A stretch of DNA of 64,000 nucleotides from contig OY776562.1 of NCBI GenBank assembly GCA_963675785.1, positions 74,516 to 138,515 on the forward strand, read 5' to 3'. Positions 20,466 to 30,149 of the stretch are shown in pieces (positions within the stretch are counted from its first letter, which is position 1; each line of letters starts with the position of its first letter). The position numbers and the translations under genes were made by a program. This stretch comes from Anaerolineae bacterium. Its GTDB lineage: Bacteria > Chloroflexota > Anaerolineae > UBA1429. A model generated the notes under the pieces. The model saw only the letters and a program-made list of their open reading frames with translations. It was not told the DNA's origin and searched no databases.

Positions 20466-21326
20466 ATGATCCAAGTAGTAGAGGGAAGGCTCATGCTTTT
20501 ATCGCAGATAACAGAAACCCTTTCAGCGATTCCGGGTGTCAGAGCTATAGCATTGGGAGGTTCCCAAAGCCGCGGAGAAGCTGACGAAAGCTCAGACTTT
20601 GATATTGGTTTGTATTATGACGCAGACACGCTGGATGTCATTGCGTTAAGCCAATGCCTAAAGGAAATCGATGACAGGCATGAGGACGGTCTTTTGAATC
20701 CTCCTGGGCAGTGGGGCTCTTGGATCAATGGCGGAGCGTGGTTGAGTGTCGAGGGTGTGTCTATCGATATCCTTCTTCGAGATATTTCAAGGGTCAAAGC
20801 GGTCGTTGGGGATTGCGTCGCGGGCAGAATCACAATTGATTACCAAAATGGGCACCCTTTTGGTTTTGTCAACACGATCTATGCTGCTGAGACACACTAT
20901 TGTCAGCCTTTGTGGCAAGATCGCTCTGCACTTCTCTCGATGCTAAAAACCTTGCTGTATTCAAAAGGTGAGTATCCCCCCTTGATGCGAGAAGCTACGA
21001 TCAAGAAATTTCTGTGGGGTGCCGAGTTTTCATTGCAGTGTGGGCGTAAGGCAACGTTTCGGGGTGACCTCAATTACTCGGCTGGTTCCGTTTTTAGGGC
21101 TGTTTGTTGTTGGGTTCAAGTACTATATGCCCTGAATAATTGTTATTTGATGAACGAAAAGGGGGCTTTGAGGCAGGTTCATCTCCTTGAGCAAAGCCCG
21201 GCTGATATGGAACCCAAAGTGAAGGAGATATATTCTCTGCTGGCGAATGGGAACGCCCAAGGTGCTTACCAAATTCTAGAGTGTTTACATAGTAAAGTCG
21301 AGGAGCTTGTCGCTGGATTTTTTTGA
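20466..21326 (+). CDS. Nucleotidyltransferase-domain protein (Pol-beta superfamily, about 280 aa, DUF4037-like C-terminus)
   Basis: GS...(D/E).D motif: ALGGSQSRGEADESSDFDIGLYY. The start could be ATG 20466 or 20493. Confidence 0.55.
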   Translation: MIQVVEGRLMLLSQITETLSAIPGVRAIALGGSQSRGEADESSDFDIGLYYDADTLDVIALSQCLKEIDDRHEDGLLNPPGQWGSWINGGAWLSVEGVSIDILLRDISRVKAVVGDCVAGRITIDYQNGHPFGFVNTIYAAETHYCQPLWQDRSALLSMLKTLLYSKGEYPPLMREATIKKFLWGAEFSLQCGRKATFRGDLNYSAGSVFRAVCCWVQVLYALNNCYLMNEKGALRQVHLLEQSPADMEPKVKEIYSLLANGNAQGAYQILECLHSKVEELVAGFF

Positions 21327-21385
21327 ACTGTAGGCTGTTTTGTAGCAACGACTAAGCTCAAACCCGCTATATCTAGGGAACTCTC

Positions 21386-21736
21386 ATGACCTTTGATGAC
21401 GCCTTTTGGCACGCTTTGGACGAATTGGTAGTCACCTCAGAAATAATCATTGATCGTCCCAAAGGGGCGCGGCATCCCCGATATCCCGATATGGTTTACC
21501 CAGTGGATTACGGCTACCTGCAGGGTACTACCTCTATGGATGGTGGTGGCATTGATATCTGGAGGGGTTCGGATACTCGAGGGCAAATTGATGCCATCAT
21601 CTGCATTATAGATCTGCTCAAACGAGATTCAGAGATCAAAATATTGATGGGTTGTACGGACGATGAAAAGCGCGTGATTTATCGTTTTCACAACGAGTCC
21701 GAGCATATGAAGGGCATTTTGATCAATAGACATTAG
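21386..21736 (+). CDS. Hypothetical protein
   Basis: 116-aa ORF with no family recognised. Confidence 0.35.
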   Translation: MTFDDAFWHALDELVVTSEIIIDRPKGARHPRYPDMVYPVDYGYLQGTTSMDGGGIDIWRGSDTRGQIDAIICIIDLLKRDSEIKILMGCTDDEKRVIYRFHNESEHMKGILINRH

Positions 21737-21764
21737 CTCTCAAGCATGAGAGGGGCTATCTTTT

Positions 21765-22247
21765 ATGGAGATCGAGCTGATCAAGGCAAGCTTGGAAGAT
21801 GCGCCGCAGCTGCATGCTATGCAGGTGCAGGCCTTTATGCCGCTCTTGGAGCGTTACCAGGATTTCGACACCAGCCCGGCCAACGAGTCCCTCGAAAAAG
21901 TGGTGGCGCGTATTGCTCAGCCCACTACAGACTATTACCTCATTCATACCGATGGGCAACCTGTGGGGGGTATCCGCGTCGTGAGGCGAGGAGAGGGGCA
22001 TTATCGCGTCAGCCCGGTCTTTGTTCTGCCAGCCTACCAGGGCCAGGGCATTGCCCAAAGGGTGTTCGGCATGGTTGAGGCCATGTACGCTGATGCTGTG
22101 TTATGGGAGCTAGATACTATTCTGCAAGAAGCAGGCAACTGCTATCTGTACGAAAAGCTGGGCTATCGCCAGATGGGCGAGACGCATATAGTCAATCCTC
22201 AAATGACCATCGTCTTTTACGAAAAGCCAGTTACGGCGGCAGAGTGA
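21765..22247 (+). CDS. GNAT family N-acetyltransferase
   Basis: QGQGIAQRVF motif; 160 aa. Confidence 0.7.
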   Translation: MEIELIKASLEDAPQLHAMQVQAFMPLLERYQDFDTSPANESLEKVVARIAQPTTDYYLIHTDGQPVGGIRVVRRGEGHYRVSPVFVLPAYQGQGIAQRVFGMVEAMYADAVLWELDTILQEAGNCYLYEKLGYRQMGETHIVNPQMTIVFYEKPVTAAE

Positions 22248-22260
22248 AGGAGATACTGAG

Positions 22261-22944
22261 ATGGGTTACTCGCTGAGCTTGGAGAATATATCTCTTGCCA
22301 ACTACAAAGAGCTACTCAGGGCTAAATATCTGACGCCGGGGCGGCAGATTCTGCACGAGGACATGGACGTTCACTTTGAGGCCTTGACTAACGCCGGCAT
22401 GGATAATCTGGCAGAGCTCGAGCGAGCAATCTTGACGAGCAAAAAGCTCAAAGCGTTTGCGATCGAGTGTGGCTTGTCCGTTGAATATCTGACGATCCTA
22501 CGGCGCGAGATTGGCAGTCTGGTGCCCAAGGCGGTTGCGCTCGAAGCGCTGTTGCCTGATGATTTGGAAGAACGAACCAAACTGGCCGAGGCGGGGATCA
22601 AAACCTCCGAGGACTATTACACGTTTTACTGCTCCGCAGGCAACGCCAGCCAAGTTGCGCAGAGGCTCGGCATTGGTGAGATGCGTGTTGATTACCTGTT
22701 CAGTCTCTGTGATTTAGTACGTATCAACGGCGTTGGGCCTCAGGCAGCCAGAGCCCTTTACGAGGCGGATTATCATTTGGCGGCGGATGTGGCGCAGGCT
22801 TCCGCCGAAGAAATGTTAGCGCGCGTATCCACCGCCAATGATGCTGGGCAGTATTACAAAGCCAAGCTAGGCCTGAAGGATATGCAGTTCTGCATCGACC
22901 ATGCCCGATTGCTGCATTCACAGGACGACGAGCTCTGTGATTAA
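22261..22944 (+). CDS. Hypothetical protein with HhH-like (DUF4332-like) repeats
   Basis: 227 aa; repeated L..(I/L)(N/P)G(V/I)G.. segments resembling helix-hairpin-helix. Weak call. Confidence 0.35.
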   Translation: MGYSLSLENISLANYKELLRAKYLTPGRQILHEDMDVHFEALTNAGMDNLAELERAILTSKKLKAFAIECGLSVEYLTILRREIGSLVPKAVALEALLPDDLEERTKLAEAGIKTSEDYYTFYCSAGNASQVAQRLGIGEMRVDYLFSLCDLVRINGVGPQAARALYEADYHLAADVAQASAEEMLARVSTANDAGQYYKAKLGLKDMQFCIDHARLLHSQDDELCD

Positions 22945-23092
22945 TGCTTTGTATGTGCCCCTTTGGCGAGTCGTAAGAATCACCCACTTGAAGCTGTCTG
23001 ATACTCTGTAACCAAGACATAAAAGGAATAGAAATCGAGGGTTTTGGCATTGCGTCACTACAGCAAAAGCCCTCAATTGGAGCAGAGTTATC

Positions 23093-23794
23093 ATGAAACT
23101 GGTAGATTTCAAGGGACTGTTCAAAAAATCAACGGCGACCGTGTTATCAGTCGAGAACCCTTTTGGCGATTATTACACAGTAAAGCTAAAGGCAGAATCT
23201 GGTATGACCTGGCGACCCGGAGAGCACGGCATTTTTACTTTGCCTGATAGTGAAGTGAAGGGCAAAAAGTGGCGAGTCTTCAGTGTGGCTTCTATTCCCC
23301 AAGAGGGCCATCTTTTGATTGGCACACGCACCGGGGCCCAGGTCAGTAGTTTCAAAGAGCATTTGCTTCACATGGAAGCGGGCGGTCGAGTCAATCTGGT
23401 AGGGCCTTTTGGCTGGTTTACCTTGCAGGACGATACTTCTCCGTTGGTGATGATAGCTACTGGCGTGGGCATCACGCCCGCACGCGCCCTGCTCAAAGCC
23501 CTGGAGAAGGTGGAAACGCGTCCTGTCGAGCTAATTTATGCTTCTAATGATTACCATCTATTTGGACCAGAGTTGGTTGAGATGGCTGATGTCAATTCCC
23601 TGATGACCTTGCATCTGTGCGAGCATCGGGAAGATGCGATTCATTTGGTTGAGGCAGCCGCAGCGCGCTATGGAAATCAGGCTTATTACTATGTTTCTGG
23701 CAAGCCTGATGTGGTGAGCTCTTTCAGAAAGGTGCTTCAAGCCAAATCCATCAAGGGCCGCCGGATTATTCGAGATTGGTTTTTGGGATACTAG
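23093..23794 (+). CDS. FNR-like oxidoreductase FAD/NAD(P)-binding domain protein
   Basis: R.(F/Y)S..S motif WRVFSVAS in a beta-barrel FAD domain, followed by the Rossmann-type MIATGVGITP. Confidence 0.5.
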   Translation: MKLVDFKGLFKKSTATVLSVENPFGDYYTVKLKAESGMTWRPGEHGIFTLPDSEVKGKKWRVFSVASIPQEGHLLIGTRTGAQVSSFKEHLLHMEAGGRVNLVGPFGWFTLQDDTSPLVMIATGVGITPARALLKALEKVETRPVELIYASNDYHLFGPELVEMADVNSLMTLHLCEHREDAIHLVEAAAARYGNQAYYYVSGKPDVVSSFRKVLQAKSIKGRRIIRDWFLGY

Positions 23795-23819
23795 ATACCC
23801 CCCAAGTAGGTGAGAGCTA

Positions 23820-24359
23820 GTGGATTCTGTCATTTTGTATCGTCAGCTAATTGATCCTCAGGAATGCAAGGGACTTTTGGCAACATTTGAGCGCTATCAG
23901 GAGACGAACAAAGTTCTCCGCCGCCAGGGAGAACAGTACATTTATCAAGAGGATCATTTCATCGATGATTGGGACGCAGACAAAAAGGCTGACGTAGAGA
24001 GAAAACTGACTGCCTTTATGGGTAAGGGTGGTGCGGTTGCGGCTGCTTTTGATGGCAAAAGGCTGGCGGGCTTTGCCAATATCGATGGCAACCTGTTCGG
24101 CTCTGGGAATCAGTACTTGGAGCTGATCTATATGCACGTCTCCCGGTTGTATCGCCATGGCGGCATTGGCCGCAGGCTCTTTGAAATGTGCTGTGATTGT
24201 GCAAGGCAGCGAGGAGCGCAAAAGCTTTATATCTCGTCGCACCCTGCTATCGAGACACAGCAGTTTTATCAGGCAGTGGGCTGTGTTCTGGCAATCGAAG
24301 TGGATGAATCGATCTATGAACAAGAGCCTCTAGATATCCAGCTTGAATATGTTCTATAA
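23820..24359 (+). CDS. GNAT family N-acetyltransferase
   Basis: RHGGIGRRLFEMCCDCARQRG motif; GTG start. Confidence 0.65.
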   Translation: MDSVILYRQLIDPQECKGLLATFERYQETNKVLRRQGEQYIYQEDHFIDDWDADKKADVERKLTAFMGKGGAVAAAFDGKRLAGFANIDGNLFGSGNQYLELIYMHVSRLYRHGGIGRRLFEMCCDCARQRGAQKLYISSHPAIETQQFYQAVGCVLAIEVDESIYEQEPLDIQLEYVL

Positions 24360-24509
24360 GGGGATATGCCAGATTATACGATATCCATGATGCCTCTATG
24401 TATGCTAGAGAGCGCGCGTGCGATTATAGGCCAGATTTGGCATTAGACGAGTGCGCGAGTATACTAGTTCTTGGAGTTGATACGGCATCAGGAAGGACAA
24501 ATAGGAAAC

Positions 24510-24779
24510 ATGGCGCTGACCAAGCTGGAAAAAGCGTCGACTGTTGAAAAATACGGACGACACGAGACGGATACTGGTTCGCCAGAGGTCCAGATTGCGA
24601 ATCTTACCGAGCGCATCAACCGACTGACGGAGCACCTCAAGGAGCACAAGCACGATGAGCATTCTCGTCGTGGCTTGCTAAAGCTTGTTGGCCAGCGTCG
24701 TCGGCATCTGAACTATCTGCAAAAGACTGATGAAACCAAGTATCGCGAGGTTCTACAGGCTCTAGGTCTTCGACGCTAG
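24510..24779 (+). CDS. rpsO: 30S ribosomal protein S15
   Basis: 89 aa, MALTKLEK...LGLRR, near-universal S15 sequence. AGGAAGGA RBS. Confidence 0.92.
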   Translation: MALTKLEKASTVEKYGRHETDTGSPEVQIANLTERINRLTEHLKEHKHDEHSRRGLLKLVGQRRRHLNYLQKTDETKYREVLQALGLRR

Positions 24780-24816
24780 CAAGTCTGACTTGTTGTTACA
24801 CACAATTTGCTTTGGG

Positions 24817-24850
24817 GCGGGCAGGTGGTGGACTTTTACCATCTGCCCGT
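24817..24850 (+). promoter_or_regulatory. rpsO-pnp intergenic stem-loop (rpsO terminator / RNase III-type processing hairpin)
   Basis: GGGCAGGTGGT-N8-ACCATCTGCCC with flanking C-G and G-U extensions, read from the sequence. The position matches the well-known rpsO-pnp regulatory hairpin. Confidence 0.5.
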
Positions 24851-25000
24851 CTATATTGGTAGTAATGGAAAATAAGTAGATGCACGCCTTTCCGGGCGTT
24901 TTGCACAGGAATTGGGGCATGTGCCTGTCTCATGAGGGCCTATTCCCCAGCTCCTGACGAGATTCCCGGACATGGTATGGCGTGCGGGAAAGGAACAAAC

Positions 25001-27175
25001 ATGTTAAAAAAGTACAGTTGTAAATTCGGTACCGAGGAGCTAGTTTTTGAGACTGGCGAATTGGCCCCCCAGGCGGGTGGTGCTATCTCGGTGCGCTTGG
25101 GCGATTCATTTGTTCTTGTTACGGCTACCGGCTCTACTCAGCCTCGTGAGGGAGTGGATTTCTTTCCTCTGACGGTTGATGTCGATGAGCGGCGCTATGC
25201 CTATGGCAAGATCCCAGGTAGCTTTTTCAGGCGTGAAGGTAGGAATTCAACCGATGGCACGCTTCTTTGCCGCCTGGTAGACCGTCCTCTCCGCCCACTC
25301 TTTCCCCAAGGGTATCGCAACGAAGTTCAGATCGTTATTACCCCTCTTTCTGTGGATGAAGACCATGCTGTCGATATCATGGCTGTCAATGGCGCTTCTT
25401 GTGCTTTGATGATCTCTGATGTTCCTTTTGACGGGCCCATCGGCGCTGTGCGCATTGGCTACATTGATGGCGAGTACATCGTTAATCCCACCGTTCCACA
25501 GATCGCACTGAGTGACTTGGACCTGCGTGTTGCTGGTACAAAAGAATCGGTCCTCATGATCGAGGCTGGGGCTAATGAATTCCCTGAGGACAAGATGGTT
25601 GAGGCAATTGCCCTCGGACATCGCTCTATTCAGGATGTCATCGCTCTTCAAGAGCAGATGGCTGCTGAGATCGGCAAGTCCAAGATCGAGTATACACCGC
25701 ACATCGTGGATGAAGATGTGCTGACCTCTGTTCGTGCAAAAGTGGAGGACGCTCTTCGTGAGGTCATCTACTCTGATCTCGACCGCGAGGCTCGTCAGGA
25801 ACGTGAGAACCAGGTCAAGAAAGAGCTGTTCGACTCTCTCGATGAAAATATTGATACCAAGCAGGTTGCTGAGGCCTTTGACTCTATCTTTAAATCGTTG
25901 ATGCGCAACCGCATTTTGGATGATGGTTTCCGTGTCGATGGGCGTGCACCAGACGAGGTTCGTCCGCTCAGTGCCCAGGTGGGGCTGTTGCCTCGCACTC
26001 ATGGCTCTGGCTTGTTCAACCGCGGGCTCACGCAAGTGCTCAACGTAACAACGCTGGGCTCCTCAAAGGAGGCACTCTCTGTTGAGGGCTTGAACGGCGA
26101 TATGTCCAAGGTCTATTTCCATCACTATAACTTTCCGCCCTATTCAACGGGCGAGACTTATCCTATCCGTGGGCCACGACGCCGTTCGATTGGCCATGGC
26201 GCCCTCGCAGAGCGCGCGATAGAGCCGGTTCTGCCGAGCTTTGACGAGTTCCCCTATGTCATTCGCACGGTTTCAGAATGCTTGTCCTCCAACGGCTCAA
26301 CCTCAATGGCTAGCACTTGTGCTTCAACACTCTCGTTGTTGGATGCAGGTGTACCGCTCAAGGCTCCTGTGGCGGGCATTGCCATGGGCGTCATCACCGA
26401 GGGTGATCGCTATTGCGTTCTGACCGATATCCAAGGGCTTGAAGATCATCTCGGCGACATGGATTTCAAGGTGACTGGCACTGAGGCGGGCATCACGGCT
26501 ATGCAGCTCGATTGCAAGATTTCGGGCTTGCTTCCAATTATCATTGAAGAGACACTCGCCGGAGCACGCAAGGCGCGCATGCAGATTCTGGATGTCATCA
26601 ATGCTTGCATTCCTGCGCCGCGTTCTGAGCTTTCTCCATATGCACCTCGTATCCAGATGGTCAAGATTCCTGTAGACAAGATTGGTGCTCTCATTGGGCC
26701 GGGTGGCAAAAACATCCGCAGCATCATTGAGGATACCGGTGTGACCATTGATGTGGATGAGGACGGTACTGTTCGCGTAGGCTCAACAGATGGCCCCAGT
26801 GCCATAGAGGCTATTCGACGAATTGAGGGGCTCACCGCAGTCCCAGAATTGGGGCGCGTCTATACTGGCAAAGTTACACGTATTCAGCCATTTGGCGCTT
26901 TTGTGCAGATTATGCCTGGCCAAGAAGGTCTGGTACATATCTCACAATTGGCTGATTATCGCGTAAACAGCGTCGAAGACGTTGTGCAAGAGGGCGATGA
27001 GATCATGGTTATGGTTACTGGCGTCGATTCGGGCGGTAAGATCAGGCTCTCGCGCCAGGCTGTGTTGGCGGGTTGGACTTTGGAAGAGGCCCAGTCTCAC
27101 GATCGTCCGCCTAGTGGTGGTTCGCGTGGTGGCGGGCGTAGTCGAGATGGTGGCGACCGTCGGCGTCGCGACTAG
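25001..27175 (+). CDS. pnp: Polyribonucleotide nucleotidyltransferase (PNPase)
   Basis: 725 aa; two RNase PH domains, KH, and a C-terminal S1 ([15 protein letters not shown]...) with an RGG-rich tail. Start at ATG 25001 within the longer ORF. Confidence 0.95.
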   Translation: MLKKYSCKFGTEELVFETGELAPQAGGAISVRLGDSFVLVTATGSTQPREGVDFFPLTVDVDERRYAYGKIPGSFFRREGRNSTDGTLLCRLVDRPLRPLFPQGYRNEVQIVITPLSVDEDHAVDIMAVNGASCALMISDVPFDGPIGAVRIGYIDGEYIVNPTVPQIALSDLDLRVAGTKESVLMIEAGANEFPEDKMVEAIALGHRSIQDVIALQEQMAAEIGKSKIEYTPHIVDEDVLTSVRAKVEDALREVIYSDLDREARQERENQVKKELFDSLDENIDTKQVAEAFDSIFKSLMRNRILDDGFRVDGRAPDEVRPLSAQVGLLPRTHGSGLFNRGLTQVLNVTTLGSSKEALSVEGLNGDMSKVYFHHYNFPPYSTGETYPIRGPRRRSIGHGALAERAIEPVLPSFDEFPYVIRTVSECLSSNGSTSMASTCASTLSLLDAGVPLKAPVAGIAMGVITEGDRYCVLTDIQGLEDHLGDMDFKVTGTEAGITAMQLDCKISGLLPIIIEETLAGARKARMQILDVINACIPAPRSELSPYAPRIQMVKIPVDKIGALIGPGGKNIRSIIEDTGVTIDVDEDGTVRVGSTDGPSAIEAIRRIEGLTAVPELGRVYTGKVTRIQPFGAFVQIMPGQEGLVHISQLADYRVNSVEDVVQEGDEIMVMVTGVDSGGKIRLSRQAVLAGWTLEEAQSHDRPPSGGSRGGGRSRDGGDRRRRD

Positions 27176-27197
27176 ATAGATATCAGTTAAGGGGAAT

Positions 27198-27222
27198 CCA
27201 GACGGGGCTTTGCCCCGTCTGG
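27198..27222 (+). promoter_or_regulatory. Perfect hairpin CCAGACGGGG-CTTTG-CCCCGTCTGG ending 8 nt before the lepB start codon
   Basis: 10-bp perfect inverted repeat read from the sequence. It is either a partial pnp terminator or an element occluding the lepB translation-initiation region. Confidence 0.4.
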
Positions 27223-27229
27223 CTGTTAT

Positions 27230-27766
27230 ATGGGCATTCAAGAGCAACCTAAAATAACTCAGATTGGGTGGGCAGGCGAGCTTTTTCGAACGGTTGTGCC
27301 AGCTCTGGTCGTTGTGGTTTTACTCAATCTTTTTGTGGCGCAAGCTACCCGTGTCGATGGGCATAGTATGGACCCCACGCTCATGGACGGCGAGCGAATC
27401 ATTATCGAAAAGGTCACCCTGGCTTTTTCTCTCCCCGCTCGTGGAGATATTGTTGTTCTATCGCGCCCCGAGACACCGGACGAGCCCCCTCTGATCAAGC
27501 GTGTCATCGGTTTGCCTGGAGAGACTGTTGAAATCCGCGATGGCAGCGTGTGGATTGATGGTGAGATGCTTGCGGAGGATTATTTGGATCAATCCACAGC
27601 AGGAACTATACCGTCCTTGCTTGTTCCCGAAGGTCATATTTTTGTACTAGGTGACAATCGCGGCCACAGTAACGATTCTCGCAGTTTTGGTGTAGTTTCT
27701 GTTGAGAATATCATTGGGCAGGCTTGGCTTGCTTATTGGCCACTCTCGGCCTGGCGCATTTTCTGA
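27230..27766 (+). CDS. lepB: Signal peptidase I
   Basis: Box B/C/D/E motifs: GHSMDPTL, IKRVIGLPGE, GDNRGHSNDSR. Confidence 0.85.
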   Translation: MGIQEQPKITQIGWAGELFRTVVPALVVVVLLNLFVAQATRVDGHSMDPTLMDGERIIIEKVTLAFSLPARGDIVVLSRPETPDEPPLIKRVIGLPGETVEIRDGSVWIDGEMLAEDYLDQSTAGTIPSLLVPEGHIFVLGDNRGHSNDSRSFGVVSVENIIGQAWLAYWPLSAWRIF

Positions 27767-28316
27767 AATATCACTTTGTGCACTTTGCACTATTCATAAA
27801 ACGACCTGTTTCGTTATGTGGTTTGAAATGGGTGTGCATAGTGCCCTGATGCTTGACCGAATGGCCCTAGTTATGCTATCATTTATCTCAAGTTTGGATT
27901 ATCATTTCTAGTGCGGTTTATTGACATCTACCGCCTCGTCCCTGATAGCTACGGTTGCCGTTCATGATCAGAAGAGAACATAAGGGTTTCGCTCGAAACT
28001 AAAATGGCGACTATGCCCCTCTATTATTATAAAATCTATGCAAGCAATGTTGCACGAGAATCCGCTTTATACATCAAGTGATTTGACGTAGATTTTACTC
28101 TGTTTAAAATTGGTTCAATTAGTGGCTGGACCGGGGCGTTCTGTTTGGAACGTTTCCCGTTATACCGGTAAGTTCGAGCACAATGGCGTGACTGGAACTG
28201 TCATGAGGTAGGCGACAAAATCCGAAGGGAGGTGGGGTTCCCACCGTTTGTGACTTACTGAATGACAGAAAGAACAAGCATTGTTTTTCTACGACAACTT
28301 TACCTGAGGAGGAAAG

Positions 28317-29990
28317 ATGTTGCGTAACAAAAAGCTTTATGCACTGATTGCCGTCGTTATGGCTGTAACGACAGTGCTCACTGCGTGTTCCCCCAAGAGT
28401 GCCACAGTTGGCGACGACCCGGCTCTCGAAGTCTATTTGAACTATAATATTAGCACAGAGCCCCCGACGATTGACCCGAACTTGGCTACTGACACCACGT
28501 CGAACATGGTCATCCAGCAGCTTTTCTTGGGGCTCACGGATTATGACGACACGACTTTGGACGTCATCCCCGAACTCGCCACAGAATGGTCAGTTTCGGA
28601 CGACGGCCTAGTCTGGACGTTCACCATGCGTGACGACATTTACTGGGTGCATTACGACCCCGAGACCAAAGAAGTCGAGAAGAAGGACTCTGTTACTGCT
28701 AATGACATCGTCTATAGCGTACAGCGTACTTTGAACCCCGAGACGGCTTCGGACTATGCCTATGTTGACTATATCATCGCTAATGCCCTTGAAGTCAACA
28801 CTGCTGAGAGCACTGATCTTTCCAGCATTGGTGTGCGTGCAGTCGACGATTACACCGTCGAATTCACCCTCACCCAGCCAGCTGGTTACTTCCCTGGCAT
28901 CGCTGGTATGTGGGTCAACCGCCCGCTGCCCCAGACCGTCATTGAAGAGTTCGGTGATGAGTGGACTGAGCCTGGTAATATTTGGACCAACGGCCCGTAC
29001 CTCTTGGACACTTGGGAGCATCAGAACAAGATTATCCTGGTCAAGAACCCGTTCTACTATGATGCTGACAACGTTCAGATCGGCACTGTGAACTTGTATA
29101 TGGTTGTTGAAGAGTCCACAGCGTTCTCTATGTACGAGAATGGTGAGTTGGATGTTGCTAGCCCGCCGCTTGATGACATGGATCGCGTTAAGGCTGATCC
29201 GACCCTTTCGGCCGAGCTTTACACTGCTCCTTCGCTCTGTACTTATTACTATGGCTTTAACACCGAAAAAGCTCCGTTTGATAATGTTCTGGTCCGCCAG
29301 GCATTCTCTTACGCCATTGACCGCCAGAAGCTGATCGACACTGTCACCAAGGGTGGCCAGGTGCCTGCCAAGAGCTTTGCTTGCCTCGGTATCTTTGGCT
29401 CACCGTCGACAGACGATAGCTACGAGGGTGTCTACTATGATCCCGAAAAGGCTCAGGCTCTGTTGGCCGAAGCCGGTTACCCCAATGGCGAAGGTCTGCC
29501 CGAGATCACGTTGATGTACAACACCAGTGAAGGTCACCAGAAGATTGCTGAATTCGTCCAGCAATGCTGGAAGGATGTCCTTAACGTCGAAGTTACCTTG
29601 GCTAACCAGGAATGGGCCGTCTTCCTTGACACCGTTAACGAAGATGCCCCGCAGATCTATCGTTCCGGTTGGTGTGCGGACTATCCTGATGAGAACAACT
29701 GGGTTACTGAAGTATTCCATCCCGAGATTGGTTCTAACGATACCAATTGGTCGGTGGATGATCCTCTTGCCCAGGAGTTCATGCAGGTTACTGAGGATGC
29801 CGCTGCGGCTTCAGATCCTGACGAGCGCGTCGACCTTTACTATCGCGCTGAGGAAATCCTCTGCGTCGATGCTGCTATCATCGCGCCAGTCTACTACTAC
29901 ACCACGGTTGTTTGCACCAAGCCGTATGTTGAGCGCACCTACTCTCCTTTGGGTGGTGAGCATTTCAACACATGGACCGTCAACCGCTAG
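28317..29990 (+). CDS. ABC transporter substrate-binding lipoprotein, family 5 (peptide/nickel type)
   Basis: Lipobox LTACS; SBP_bac_5 pattern throughout; 557 aa. Confidence 0.85.
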   Translation: MLRNKKLYALIAVVMAVTTVLTACSPKSATVGDDPALEVYLNYNISTEPPTIDPNLATDTTSNMVIQQLFLGLTDYDDTTLDVIPELATEWSVSDDGLVWTFTMRDDIYWVHYDPETKEVEKKDSVTANDIVYSVQRTLNPETASDYAYVDYIIANALEVNTAESTDLSSIGVRAVDDYTVEFTLTQPAGYFPGIAGMWVNRPLPQTVIEEFGDEWTEPGNIWTNGPYLLDTWEHQNKIILVKNPFYYDADNVQIGTVNLYMVVEESTAFSMYENGELDVASPPLDDMDRVKADPTLSAELYTAPSLCTYYYGFNTEKAPFDNVLVRQAFSYAIDRQKLIDTVTKGGQVPAKSFACLGIFGSPSTDDSYEGVYYDPEKAQALLAEAGYPNGEGLPEITLMYNTSEGHQKIAEFVQQCWKDVLNVEVTLANQEWAVFLDTVNEDAPQIYRSGWCADYPDENNWVTEVFHPEIGSNDTNWSVDDPLAQEFMQVTEDAAAASDPDERVDLYYRAEEILCVDAAIIAPVYYYTTVVCTKPYVERTYSPLGGEHFNTWTVNR

Positions 29991-30010
29991 GGTAGTATCG
30001 TAATCGAAGA

Positions 30011-30046
30011 CAGCCACATGGCCCGTGGGTCGTGTGGCTGTTTTTA
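30011..30046 (+). terminator. Intrinsic terminator/attenuator after the first SBP gene (CAGCCACA-N14-TGTGGCTG + TTTTT), followed by a -10-like TGCTATAAT
   Basis: Inverted repeat plus T-run read from the sequence; the TATAAT is about 30 bp downstream. Confidence 0.5.
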
Positions 30047-30149
30047 TAGAGTTTCTCTGCCAGGCAGTCACTGTGCTATAATGCCCCTACGTTGAATCTC
30101 ACTTGAGGCGAACGCACAAGTGCTTGCGGAGGGAGAATTAAGGTAAAAT

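Noticed and set aside
20466-21736. Nucleotidyltransferase plus downstream small ORF as an MNT/HEPN-type toxin-antitoxin pair
   Set aside because: The nucleotidyltransferase is about 286 aa with a large C-terminal (DUF4037-like) domain rather than a minimal MNT. The 116-aa neighbour lacks the Rx4-6H HEPN motif and is separated by 60 bp.
25247-26035. 262-aa minus-strand ORF inside pnp, and similar antisense ORFs at 31358..32049 (inside the permease), 12271..12894 (inside the TetR gene), 8684..9292 and 36772..37440
   Set aside because: Each one entirely overlaps a plus-strand (or, for 8684..9292, opposite-strand) gene that has clear family motifs. These ORFs have no motifs of their own and have the low-complexity Arg/Ser/Pro-rich composition typical of out-of-frame readings of GC-rich coding DNA.
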